Of a stretch of DNA of 64,000 nt, positions 27,037-40,175 are shown piece after piece (positions within the stretch are counted from its first letter, which is position 1; each line of letters starts with the position of its first letter). This DNA comes from Eledone cirrhosa (taxonomy: Eukaryota): NCBI GenBank assembly GCA_964016885.1, contig OZ024750.1:11594001-11658000 (forward strand), written 5' to 3'. The notes beneath the pieces were generated by a model. It was not told the origin of the DNA and searched no databases. It saw nothing but the letters and a program-made list of their open reading frames with translations. Made by a program: the position numbers and the translations under genes.

Positions 27037-30000
27037 TTAAATATAGTGAATTTTCAATTAAGAAAGTAAATCTGGTTTAGTGATGAGAAACAAGAAAATG
27101 GTAGATGATTTCAGCCACTTTTCTCTGTAACACTATCAAATTTTGAAAATGAATTTTATTAGTTGAAAAATGAATTTGCAACTGAGAGTAAGTAATTAAT
27201 TTTACAATTATGGCAAGTTGGCTGAATTCTATTTTGTTTTTAGGCCATTTATTTTCAGAAAATAGATATGTCTCACAAAAATGTTTTAAGTCATGTCTAT
27301 ATTATAGCTTATCACTTGTTATTTAATAGCTTCACTTGCAACAAAATTGTATTCACTACTGTGAAAAGACACTGCACAATTTTAAGATATTGCATAAAGA
27401 TTATTTTATATCAAGATATAGTAATATTAATTACATCAAATTACATTTTATCATGAACTGGTCATAGAGAATCACTTCTATGTTCTTGTGGCTACTTCTC
27501 AGAAACTCTTTGGCACTATTTGTTCCAATGTAAAAACTATCAGTCTGAGAGAGAGGACATATTGAAGCCATGATTGGAGATACAATATATTGTCAAAGAT
27601 CTACCAACTATAAACTAAATCTTTGAGTACATGGAGGTTACTAAAAGACTCAACAACCGAACCTCCTAGATGCTTTACAGCTTTTCTTGCTTCCCATTTT
27701 TCCTCAAGCCATATTACAGATCCAAGATCGATATGAGCATGATGTGGGTCACCATATTGTGTACACAGAGCTAATTTCTCAGACTTTTATGAAGCACTGA
27801 GGAGATTGAGCTGATATAAAAGATGGTGTGCTCATGTGCAGAGATACTACAAAAGAGCTTATAAAATAGGATGAAGACCTTAAAGATAGAAAAAGAAGTT
27901 GCCATTGGGAGAGTCCTTCCTCTATTTTATAGCATCTCTGTGCATGAGCACACAACTCTTTATATTGACATTATCGTTGTTATTAGTATTATATATTAAA
28001 AGCTCCATTTTGTTTAAGTTTCTATAAGGCCTACAATGTTTAAAGACTGAATAATTCTTTCTCTTGTGTCACAGAGAGCCGTTATAATAGCAAGGTTTAA
28101 AAGTCAAGTGTTTATTGAACTGAAAGCAGTGATTAAACCCTTCTCACTAGCTACTTTCAACAAAGTCTGTTTGCCTGACATTTACAACTGGCTATAATCA
28201 CCATTTATTGTGCATCAACTTTGGACGATTGTGTTTTATGGCAGATCTTATAATTGAACACATTTGCCATTTTCTGCCTGCCAATGTTTGTGTGTGTGTG
28301 CGTGTGTGTGTGTGTGTGTGTGTGCGTGCATATGTGACTGCATGTATATATGTTTAGATTTATACACACACACACATATACAGATACACAAATAAATATA
28401 AGGATATCTATGTGTATGTATACATGCATGAGTATATATATAATGTGAGAGAGAGAGAGAGTCTGTGTGAGTGTATTGAGTGCTGCCGGTGGTTTCTGCC
28501 TTGATTATTTATAATCTTCTGAATGGAATTGAATTTTATTTACATAAATATAAATATTTCAGACAATAAATAAGAAGAGAGGAGAAGGAATTAAATAATG
28601 AAAAAAGGGAGCCCTTCCTCAGACGGGATGAACTCTTCCTGATTTTGTAGGGGAAAGGGCAGGTCAGAGACAAAGGATACTGGCTGTCAGCAACTGGTAC
28701 TATATGACTCATACACTGTTCACTTTCCTAACATTTGTATAGTGGATTGGCAGTATCGGTAGAGGGTCGGACATTATGCTTTGCAGCAAAGAGTTACATC
28801 CCTTTACGGACTGAGTTCAAATCCCGCTGAGATTAACTTTGCTTTTCATCCTTACGGGGTCGATAAAATAAAGTACCAGTAACATACTGGATATTTGCTG
28901 GCCTTGTGCCAAAAGTAGAAATAATTATTCTATTTGACGAGTTGTAATGCACCTGAGCACTGTACACATTAATTTTCATTATCATTGAACTGGGTAATTG
29001 CTGGCCTTGTGCCTAAAGTAAACACAAATATTATATAAAAGTCAAGGATATGAAATTATTATTTATTCTTTCATTTCTACATGCATAGAATAAAGTACCA
29101 GTAATACACTTGGGTTGATTTAATTGACTTTCCCCTCTTTCTCCAAAAATTGTTGGCCTTGTGTCTAAATCAGAACCCATCATCATACAGATTCTTACTG
29201 ATTATTCTTGAAACATTAGCATCATTTTTCATCCATTTTCATCCATTTTTTTGTCCCATTTTCTTACCCTCTTTGTACATTTTTCGTACCTCTTTTGTCC
29301 CCTTTTCATACCCTTTTTTGTCCCCTCTTCATACCCTTTTTATGCCATTTTTTCGTCCCCTTTTCATGCCCTTTTTTCGTCCCCTTTTCATGCCCTTTTT
29401 TCGTCCCCTTTTCATACCCTTTTTGTGCATTTTTCATACATTTTAAGTCCATTTGCCATCCATGTTTCCATGATTGTAAGGATTACACAGGTTTTCTTCA
29501 GTACAACACTTCTTCACTTGTCACTTTACTTTAACACACACAAACAAAATCAAAATGAAATCCAGACCTATCAATAATTAAAATTAAATTTCATTCAAAT
29601 ATCACATCTATGTCATTGTTCAACTGTGTATTTTTACTCCCCACTCAAGACATCTTCTGCTAGATAAATGTGTCAGTTTTTTAATAGCCTGTTGCAAAGG
29701 GTTGACCTTTCGTAACTGCTTCTTGTAATTAATCACACTCAACTCTCTACCGCCATTTTTTTTTTTTTTTTTGTAGCGTTTTTCAAAATACAGAATTTTT
29801 TCTTTTTTTTTTCTCCAGTTCTGATATGTGTGTGTGTGTGTATATATGTATGTGTGTATGTGTGTGAGTGTGTCTGTGTGTTTGGTAAAAGATACATCCG
29901 CAGAATCTTCCTGTCATTGCTATTGTCATCGGATGTTTTGTTTTTGTTCCTGCATACTCTTGATTCTTCTTGTTGTTGTTGTTATATGTTGTTTGTGTAA

Positions 30001-30309
30001 AAATACATGATAATCTGTGTTGTATTTAAATATCAGTTGCAACAGTGTCATTGCATCTTTATTTATTTATTTAGTTGGTACTATTGGCAGAATTGGTAGA
30101 GTGACAGCCAAAATGCTTTGTGGTTTTTAGTTACAACTTTCTAACATTCTGAGTTCAGATCCTGCTGAGGTCAGCTTTGCTTTTCAACCTTACAGAGTCA
30201 ATAAAATAAAGTACCAGTAATGCACTGGGGTCAATTTAATCGACTTTCTCCTCCCAAAAAATTGTTGGCCTTGTGCCTAAATCATAAACCATTATTAATA
30301 TTATTATTA

Positions 30310-30803
30310 CTAGCAGAAAACCACCCTTTGGGTGGTTTTTTGCTAGCATGTGTAGTGTGTATATTGATATTATACACAAGTATATATGCATGTAGATATG
30401 ATACATCAAATAAAATTGTAATTGACAATATACACAGAAATTGAATGAAGTCTGTTACACTGTCTTATGTAATCAGTAAAGTAATCCATGATACATTAAA
30501 AAAAGACGATATTATATATAAACTGCATTAGGAGAAAATTAGCAACGGAAATATTTGCGATATTTTTACAAGTGTTATAATACAATGGGCGCTAACCAGA
30601 AGTGTTGACATTTGAACATTTTAAAGAAGTGAATCTTTAAATAAGCTATAAAATATATTTAATCAACAGCCACGAAATTTAGCACATAAATTATGTAATA
30701 TTCATTCATTATTTATTCAAAGTAATCCAACTTATTTTACAAACGGGGTAAAAAAATATATTCTGGACGCAGTCCTGTACTCCTTTCTTTATTATAGTTA
30801 AGA
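30310..30803 (-). mobile_element. Non-autonomous Helitron-like element (~494 bp)
   Basis: The minus strand reads A|TCTTAACTATAATAAAG ... CTAG|T, with a 17-bp-arm hairpin (30310-30346) at the 3' end and no TSD. Confidence 0.55.
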
Positions 30804-30816
30804 TTTTATAAAAGGT

Positions 30817-31302
30817 GGTGGATTAGCAGTTTAAGTAGAGGGTCAGACAGCATGCTATGCAGTATAGAGTTACGGCCCTTTACATGTTGAGTTCAAATCC
30901 CGCCAAGATTAGCTTAGCCTTTCATCCATACGGGATGGGATTAATAAAATAAAGTACCAGTAATGCACTGGGGGCGATTTAATCAACATTCCTGTCCCTC
31001 AAAATCAAGATAAGCAACAGACTGAGTTCAAAACACCATCCAGTCTGGGAATCAAACTCACAACCTCACAATTATGAGCCCATCACTCTAACTACGAAGC
31101 CATAAATATCATTACTTCAATTTCAAAGGCAGTAATAAGGCCAGCAATTATCCCAGTGCATTACTGGTGCTTTATTTTATCGAACCTGTAAGGATGAAAG
31201 GCAAAGTTAACTTCAGCGGGATTTGAATTCAGATCGTAAAGGGGCGTAACTCTATGCTGTAAAGCATGGCATCTGGCTCTCTACTGAAACTGCCAATCCA
31301 CT
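30817..31302. mobile_element. Inverted pair of SINE family A copies
   Basis: A plus copy at ~30817-31005 and a minus copy at ~31135-31302. Confidence 0.8.
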
Positions 31303-31827
31303 ATATATAAGCCAATTGTACTTGAAACAGTTGTTTGAAAGTCTATGACATCTAATCAGTTGTAGCTCTCATTACAATAAAGGTATTATTTTTGTGAATG
31401 GTTAGTAAGCAAAAATAGTAATATTTTTGTCAAATTTGCAACATAACCTTCTTGTGTAATAAGAAGCAGCTTTAGTTCTCCAATTCCTGGAAGTTTTTAG
31501 GGTAGGAGTGGACATGGTCATCAGAGATGAAATAGAAGGAAGATAGGATGTAATGTGTTGTGGTGTAGGTGATATCATGTGGAAATAGTCGTACAGTAGT
31601 ATGTCAAACAACCTATACATGAACGAGTGTTGGGGGTAATATAATATATATCTACACACACACACACACACACATACACTCACTTACACACATATACACG
31701 CTTGCACGCATACATACATACATACACATACATACCACCCAGTGAGGCGAGGGGGAAGGTATATTCCTCTAACTAATAGCTATGACTAATCATATTAATG
31801 CAAGTATGATTGCATATGTATGAGTGT

Positions 31828-31864
<37 letters not shown>

Positions 31865-31983
31865 ATATATATCACATATATTAATATATACATGCATACA
31901 CATATGTAAATGACATTAAACTATATGATATATATACACATATATATCATCATCATTGTAACGTCCACTTTGCCTGCTATATA

Positions 31984-32015
<32 letters not shown>

Positions 32016-32238
32016 ATATACATACACATATATACACATATATACATGACATTAAACTAATGATATATATATACTGTGTATATATAACACAGTCATATAT
32101 ATATACATACACACACATATCTACATCTATATATATATATACACATACATACACATATATACACATATTTGCATGACATTAAACTAATGATATATATACA
32201 TATATATATACTGTGTATAACACAGTCATATACATATT

Positions 32239-32292
<54 letters not shown>

Positions 32293-32334
32293 TATCTACA
32301 TCTATATATATATACACACACACATATCTACATA

Positions 32335-32405
<71 letters not shown>

Positions 32406-32639
32406 ATATACATCTCCAGCTGTTTTTTCTGCTGACCTTTCATAGTAATTTTCTATTGTCTAATTATCCCAACTTTACACACCTCATAAGTACTATTACT
32501 TTGCATGTGACTGTTCATTGCCAGAAATTACCAATATTTCATTTAACTAAATCACTGGCAATTGCTCAGTCTTCTATGACTTTTATTCTTTGTTTCATAT
32601 ATATATATATATTTATATATATATCATTAGTTTTATGAA

Positions 32640-32679
<40 letters not shown>

Positions 32680-32681
32680 AT

Positions 32682-33016
32682 GGAGGCACATGGCTTAGTG
32701 GTTAGAGCAATGGCCTTGCAATCGAAAGGTTGTGAGTTCAATTCTCAGACCGGGTGATGTGTTGTTTCCTTGAGCAAGACACTTTATTTCACATTGCTCC
32801 AGTTTACTCAGCTGTAGAAATGAGATGATAGGGACTGGGGTCCATATCATTCCACTGCAAAGTGGTCGTGGAGGTGGCACGGCAAAAAAAGCACCCAGCC
32901 CTCACTATAAATGAGGTTGGTGCTAGGAAGGGCATCCAGCTGTAGAAATCAAGCCAGAATCAGTTCCTGTCCCACCCTTGCAAGCAGGGAAAAAGCGGAC
33001 GTAAAATGATGATGAT
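32682..33016 (+). mobile_element. SINE family B
   Basis: Near-identical to 5197-5530. Confidence 0.85.
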
Positions 33017-33744
33017 GTGTGTGTGTGTGTGTATTTATGTATGTTCCTTAGAAAGTCTATTTAGTCACAATTAACCTAGTTGTTTTCAATGTTCCTTTAT
33101 GGTTGGTTAAAAGCTTCATCAGGCATCTGTTTAACTTAGGTTTATTACACTGATTTGTCAAAAAATGTTGTTGACTCCCACCCCTCTCTCTCTCTTTCTA
33201 CACACACAAACACATATATATATACATATATATATAATTAATACATTAACAGAGAAAGCCTTAAGCGATACTCTGACCAACTCCATCTCGCTCAACAAAC
33301 ATTAGAATATACCTAAGTATTTGGGGTGCTAACTAATCAGTATTTCGTCGTACTGCCCTTGCCATTCTGAGTTCAAATCCCGCCGAGGTTAACTTTGCCT
33401 TACGGGGTCGATAAAATAAAGTACCAGTAATGTACTGGGTAATTGCTGGCCTTGTGCCAAAAGTAGAAACAATTATTTTATATGAGACATAATTAAATAA
33501 ATATCTCTTTCCTTCCAGGCAATCGTTTCGTTATAAGATTTGGGATAAATAATGTCCAGGTTATGAAGAAACTTGTATATAATCCAGAGTCTTATACACA
33601 AGCAGGCTCTTATAAACTCTTATACATATATATATATAACAATATATATATATATATAACACGTGGTTCAGAAGATTTGTGTTTTTCTCTATTTCTTTCT
33701 ATCTCTATATATATTATTATCATCATGGCTTAATGTCTATTAAA

Positions 33745-33780
<36 letters not shown>

Positions 33781-34244
33781 AAATCTGTATGTATGTAATA
33801 TATATATATATATATAAAATCTTTATATATATATAAATATCATTGTTTAATGCCTGTTAGTGATATATATATATCCCACCCTTGCAAGCAGGGAAAAGCG
33901 GACGTAAAATGATGATGATGATATATATATAATCTTTATATGTATATCATCATCATCATCATATATATTTATTAAAATAACAGATTAAAGTTTAAGCAAA
34001 GAATTGCTGCTTTCACCCTTAACGGAATCTTCTGAACTTGAGTTTCAGAAGATCCCATTAAGGGTGAAAGCAGCGATTCTTTGCTTAAACTTTAACCTGT
34101 TATTTTTATAAATATTTGCTCTAGGGTTCTTATATATTTGATATATGTTTATCCTTACCGAGCCCTCTTTGGATTTTAGTCTTCACATTTATTATTATTA
34201 TTACTATGTATATGTATATAAATATCATTGTTTAATGGCTGTTA

Positions 34245-34301
<57 letters not shown>

Positions 34302-34359
34302 TTATATATATATATATATATACATATACATTTTATATATATATATATATACACATATA

Positions 34360-34412
<53 letters not shown>

Positions 34413-35799
34413 TCATTGTTTAATGCCTGTTAGTGATATATATAATTATCATTGTTTAATGCCTGTTAGTGATATATATATATATATATATATATATCCC
34501 TCCGGTTTTTATTTATTTATTCATTAATTCATATTCTTATTTATCTACTTATTTTTATTTTGTTTTGATCCAATCTCTGACCTAATTCCCCCCCCCCCCC
34601 GCCCCCTATTTCAAACAATAATTGTTTAACAGATGCTGTTTAGAATGTCACTAGATTTGGAACTCTACTCAGTGATTGTCATCATTAATACACAGGAACA
34701 CAAACAACACAGATTTCTTTATTTGGTGTAGCTCATATGTCTATGTTGTTACCTCTTGACATACATATTAATCCTAGTTGTTCATACAATGAACATATTC
34801 TGATGTTCTACTTATAAATTCACTACACTAGTACTTTCAGTCCCATAAACACACACAGATTCCTGATCAAGTGGTTGTTTATGTAGTTCAGCCCCAGGCC
34901 AGTTCTAAACATCAAGCAGTCCTATAATCAAAGGTATTCCATCTTGTTCTTATGTGAAGTGACCCTAGAATCTCATTATTCAACATGTTCTTTTCCAAAA
35001 TAGTAATATTTGTTTTGAAATACAGTGAGGTCTACTTCCATAGTTTCAAATTATTTTGGCAGAATTAATTTTTTTTTTTTTCAGAGAAAAAGAATTTATT
35101 CATTAATAACAATGGGTTAGGAGATTCCTTCAGTTTGTGTCAAAAGATATGACATCTCTTCTGCACTCGATATGACCATATATAAGTGAGATACAGAACT
35201 CCTCAGCCTGTCTGGGATATCAGTGGACAATGGGAAAGCGGACATTAAATAATGATGGTGATTATATATATATATATATTAGATAGTGAAATTCTCCACT
35301 GTTTGTAAACAAAGCTAATTTTCAAAACAATGTTAATCTCTGTATCTTATATATATATATAATAAATGTAATCTGAGTTTTTCGAATATTAATAATAATA
35401 TTCGATTCGTTTTCAATTATGCAAACACTCATTTTTAAAGCCATGTCAGTAGAATGAGCCCCTCATTCTTGCTCTTGTGTTGGCATGTAAACAGAACTGC
35501 AGACACTAGTGTTTCTTTTATATATTTATTTATTTATTTATTTATATATATAAATTATGCATACAAACTAATCGAAGCAGAGATATAAGAGATTAGTTTT
35601 TATGTGAAGGGGACAGTGTGCTCAATGCATATTAGATGCCAGACAAGTGAACAATGTGAGTAAGCCTGAGAAATAATGTCAAGCAAAAAATTGTATAAGC
35701 AAAACATGAATACAGAAATTCAGGTATTCTTCACGTTTTACATTTATTGTAGTCTCTATTTTCAGTATTTTTGAAATTTTATATTTATTTGTTCTTTCC

Positions 35800-35925
35800 G
35801 GCTCTGATGAGGAGACCATATCAAACTTTTCTTTTTAATATCATTTACTATTATCGATTATATAATCAGTAATTATTATCTGTATGTGAAGAATACTGAT
35901 ATGGTTCCTGAAACAATTGTCAGCC
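35800..35925 (+). ncRNA. Type-I hammerhead ribozyme with long stem II loop
   Basis: ggct CTGATGA ggagaccatatca ...~73 nt... tgatatggttcct GAAA C AATT GTC agcc. Stem I is ggct/agcc, stem II has a 9-bp core accatatca/tgatatggt, loop III is the palindrome AATT, and the cleavage triplet is GUC. Confidence 0.7.
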
Positions 35926-36314
35926 ATTAAATATATTTGTTCAAGAATTTGGTATTGTTTTCTCTAACATTTAATTTATATATATATAGTCCACGCTGTA
36001 AATGTGCCCGTGTAGGCAACATGGTAAAAACCTCCCAGCCCCACACTGTAAATGTGGTTGGTGTTAGGAAGGGCATCCAGCTGTAGAAAACCCGCCAGAC
36101 AGTCCACGCTGTAATATGGCCGTGTAGGCAACACGGTAAAAACCTCCCAGCCCCACACTGTAAATGTGGTTGGTGTTAGGAAGGGCATCCAGCTGTAGAA
36201 AACCCGCCAGACAGTCCTATGCGAGCAAGACAACCACTCTTGCCTCAAGTGGGAAAACCCCCGTCCAAACCCATGCAAGCGTGGAACACGGACGCTAAAC
36301 CTGATGATGATGAT

Positions 36315-36468
36315 ATCATCATTGTTTTTATGTCTGGTTTTCCACACTTGCATTGGGTTGGACGGTTCCTTCTCAGCATGGCATCTCTCCACTTGTTGCA
36401 CTCCTTCGTAGTCTCCTCTGCCACTCTTAGCAATTTGAGGTCAGCTCTCACAACCTCTTCCCAGGTCA
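36315..36468 (-). mobile_element. RTE LINE 3' end
   Basis: TWEEVVRADLKLLRVAEETTKECNKWRDAM followed by a tail shared with local SINEs. A related copy lies at ~26165-26345 (-). Confidence 0.65.
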
Positions 36469-37028
36469 TATATATATATATGAAATCAGAAACAGAAGCC
36501 TTCGCCGTATCTGGACCCCACTATCAGGCTAAAATTTCTTTAGTCAAAGATATGGTGAAGGCTTCTGTTTCTGATTTCAAATTTGCTCGCTGTTTCAAAA
36601 CAAGCTTGCTTGTCATATATATATACATATTATATGTATATATATATATGAATAAATTTAGTCCTTCATTTAGTCGTTGGGACACGTAAATAGGGGATCC
36701 CCCTATTTACGTGTCCCAATGACTTTCTTTAGCCGTTGCTCGCACCAACCAGAGGTATATGGTCTTTAAAGCGATGAAATACCAATGAAGGTTGGAAGAT
36801 CACTGATGAAGGACTAAATTTATTCATATGTAACCCATTTGCAACCAGCAGCATGCCATGTTTTCATATATATATATATATAAGTTTATCCCAGGTTCAA
36901 TCGGGGGTAACCACAGTAAGTAAGGTACTCAATACAAAACAGAGTATAAATATTTAATATAGAAATGACTTCTACAGGACTAATCATCAATGTCTCCCAA
37001 ATGAAACAGTTCTAGTCCTGTAGAAGTC

Positions 37029-37074
<46 letters not shown>

Positions 37075-37881
37075 ATGTGTGTGTATACATATATTTTTTA
37101 TTACACTTTATTGAAAGATCTTTTATATCACAAAACCCCAGAATTTTGTTGCGGAAGCCCAGAAATTTTAGTAAAAACCAACTTTAAGAAACATACCCAG
37201 AGATTAATAGATTATGCACAGTCCACCAAAGACTACAGTTAGTTAATGTATACATGCACACAGATCTTTATTTAATCTAACATAGTAAGATAAAGCACTA
37301 TTTAGTTTGTTTATCTAGTTTTTGTTATTGTTTCTCGTGATGGGATGGGGTGGGGCTGGGTGAGGGTGGGGTATGGGTTCCTCTACTCTTGCTTTGGTAA
37401 CTTTCTTCAACCAATAAGCAAAACAAATACTTTTATTCTGTTTTTTCTTCTATTTTCTATTATATTTTCTTTAAAATGACCCTCCCCCCCCCAAAAAAAA
37501 ATCAACAAAAAGTTAACTACTTTGAATGGAATTCTTTCACAAAAAACACTTGTTAACTAAATACTTAAAACACTGTGGGCCCTTCACCTACCACCTTGCT
37601 TTTGGGTCTTTTGACATTTCTGTTTTTAACTATTCCAAGACTAATCATTGCTGTTTAAAAAGTTTTTCTTTTATTTGCCAGTTTTTTGGGTTTTTTTTCT
37701 TTCCTTACCCAATTTTTTTTTCTATTATTTTTATTCCTATTCCGATAGGATTTCACCCCCCCCCCCCCCTACCTTTATATAAACAAATGGGTCCTGTTTC
37801 ACTGAGTTGTAGCCATTTTTCAGGCTACAGCCCTTCCTCTCTCTCTCTCTTCCTCTCTCTCTCTCTCTCTCTCTCTCTCAC

Positions 37882-37966
<85 letters not shown>

Positions 37967-38749
37967 ATATCAGTGTGGCTGAGTGTGACTATGTACATAT
38001 AAGTTGTGTGTGTGTCATTGTAGACTTGTACAGTACATTTTGTATTTTAAGGAACATTCTAAAAGGACCGAAGTATATAAACACCTCTCTTCTCCCCCCC
38101 CCCCACCTCCGTACTTTCCTTCTCCCTATTTCACCTCTCTCTCTCTCTCTCTCTCTCCAAAACAACCACCCAGTCCAACCATCCACTTAGAACCTGTATA
38201 CTGCTACTGATTGAGGTATCATGAACAGAACCCTGTCCAATTCAATGTTTTCTTTATCAACTAGATTAAATGACTTTACTGTCAATTCTACTTGGAAAAC
38301 AGTCTCACTCTTATCTCTGATATACAAAGAGACATTTTTCAATCTACTTCCACACTATAGCTGTGCCTTTCTTCATTCTCCACACTCCCATTTCACTCTC
38401 TCACACATACACACACACACACACATATATATATATACATTACATTTATGTATATATATATATATACACACATGTATGTATAAAGAAAGGTAAACAGTTT
38501 CAGGCATAAACACCACCTCAACCTCACCAATACCCTCAAACCCAGATGTAAACACCCACACACTGGTACCATAAATCTCAAGCCAACATCCATTTAGTCA
38601 CTGGCACCATTTACTATCATCTACTTCCATTAAAATTGATTGAATTATTTACCAAACTTAATTCAATAACACTATAGTGCCTACAACTTTACACAACAGA
38701 AAAATAAATCTAGAAACTTAAAGACAGAGACGACTTTCTTCATGTTTAT

Positions 38750-39030
38750 TTCTTCTTCTTCTTCTTCTTCTTTGCCCACTTATTCCTGAGAGGGCCGTGG
38801 GGGCAAATTCCTTAAACACTCCTTCCATCAGGTTCTGTCAGAAGCAACTGTTTCCAACTAATCCAGCTGGATCCCAAAGCGAATCCAGTCAAGCTCATGG
38901 ATGTTATCCAACCATCTTGTTCAGGGTCTACCCCTAGCTCTCCTGCCGGTTGGTTTTGCCCATAAAATCTGTCCAGTGATTCTTTCCTGAGACATTCTAA
39001 CCACATGTTTATAGTATCAGAGCTACAAAT
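38750..39030 (-). mobile_element. Degenerate RTE-type LINE 3' fragment with (GAA)n tail
   Basis: Remnant RGRP.TRWLD-like coding. Reverse homologue of 25355-25725. Confidence 0.6.
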
Positions 39031-39411
39031 TTAATTCATTTATTTGTTTTACCTTTATTATTTGGCAGAAGCAGGAGAGTGCTGGGTTAAATTCCTTCCA
39101 TTATTTATTTTTGTCCCTTAATGTTCTGAGTTCAAATCCCACTGGAATCAGTGTTTCTATTCATCTCTCTTTGATGTTGAAAAAATAAACATACATTTTC
39201 AGTAATAGGCTGAGAGTTTGTTTTGTGTCCCTCCTGAAAATATTGGCTTTGTTTCTATCCAAAAGGAATATTTATTTAATGAAGTATAAATAGTTGGGGA
39301 AACAAAAGAAACTCAGGATTTTCTTAAAAGTGAGATTTTGTTGTTGGTTATTACATGAAGGGAAGACCTGATTTAACCACTCGAAATATGCCCATGAAAA
39401 TTGACAGATTA

Positions 39412-40175
39412 ACTACCAGACAACACAGTTTTACCCCACTAGCAGACAAAACACAGTTTTATCTCACTAGCAGACAACACAGTTTTATCTCACTAGCAGA
39501 CAACACAGTTTTATCTTACTAGCAGACAACACAGTTTTATTTCACTAGCAGACAACACAGTTTTATCTCACTAGCAGACAACACAGTTTTATCTCACTAG
39601 CAGACAACACAGTTTTATCTCACTAGCAGACAACACAGTTTTATCTCACTACCAGACAACACACAGTTTTATCTCACTACCAGACAACACACAGTTTTAT
39701 CTCACTACCAGACAACACACAGTTTTATCTCACTACCAGACAACACACAGTTTTATCTCACTACCAGACAACACACAGTTTTATCTCACTACCAGACAAC
39801 ACAGTTTTATCTCACTACCAGACAACACAGTTTTACCTCACTAGCAGACAACACACAGTCCCATCTCACTACCAGACAACACACAGTCCCATCTCACTAC
39901 CAGACAACACACAGTCCCATCTCACTACCAGACAACACACAGTCCCATCTCACTACCAGACAACACACAGTCCCATCTCACTACCAGACAACACACAGTC
40001 CCATCTCACTACCAGACAACACACAGTCCCATCTCACTACCAGACAACACACAGTCCCATCTCACTACCAGACAACACACAGTCCCATCTCACTACCAGA
40101 CAACACACAGTCCCATCTCACTTGTAGACAGACAACACAGTTTTATCTCACTACCACACAACACAGTTTTACATC
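39412..40175. repeat. 26-28-bp minisatellite
   Basis: cagacaacacagttttatctcactag grading to cagacaacacacagtcccatctcactac. Confidence 0.9.
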
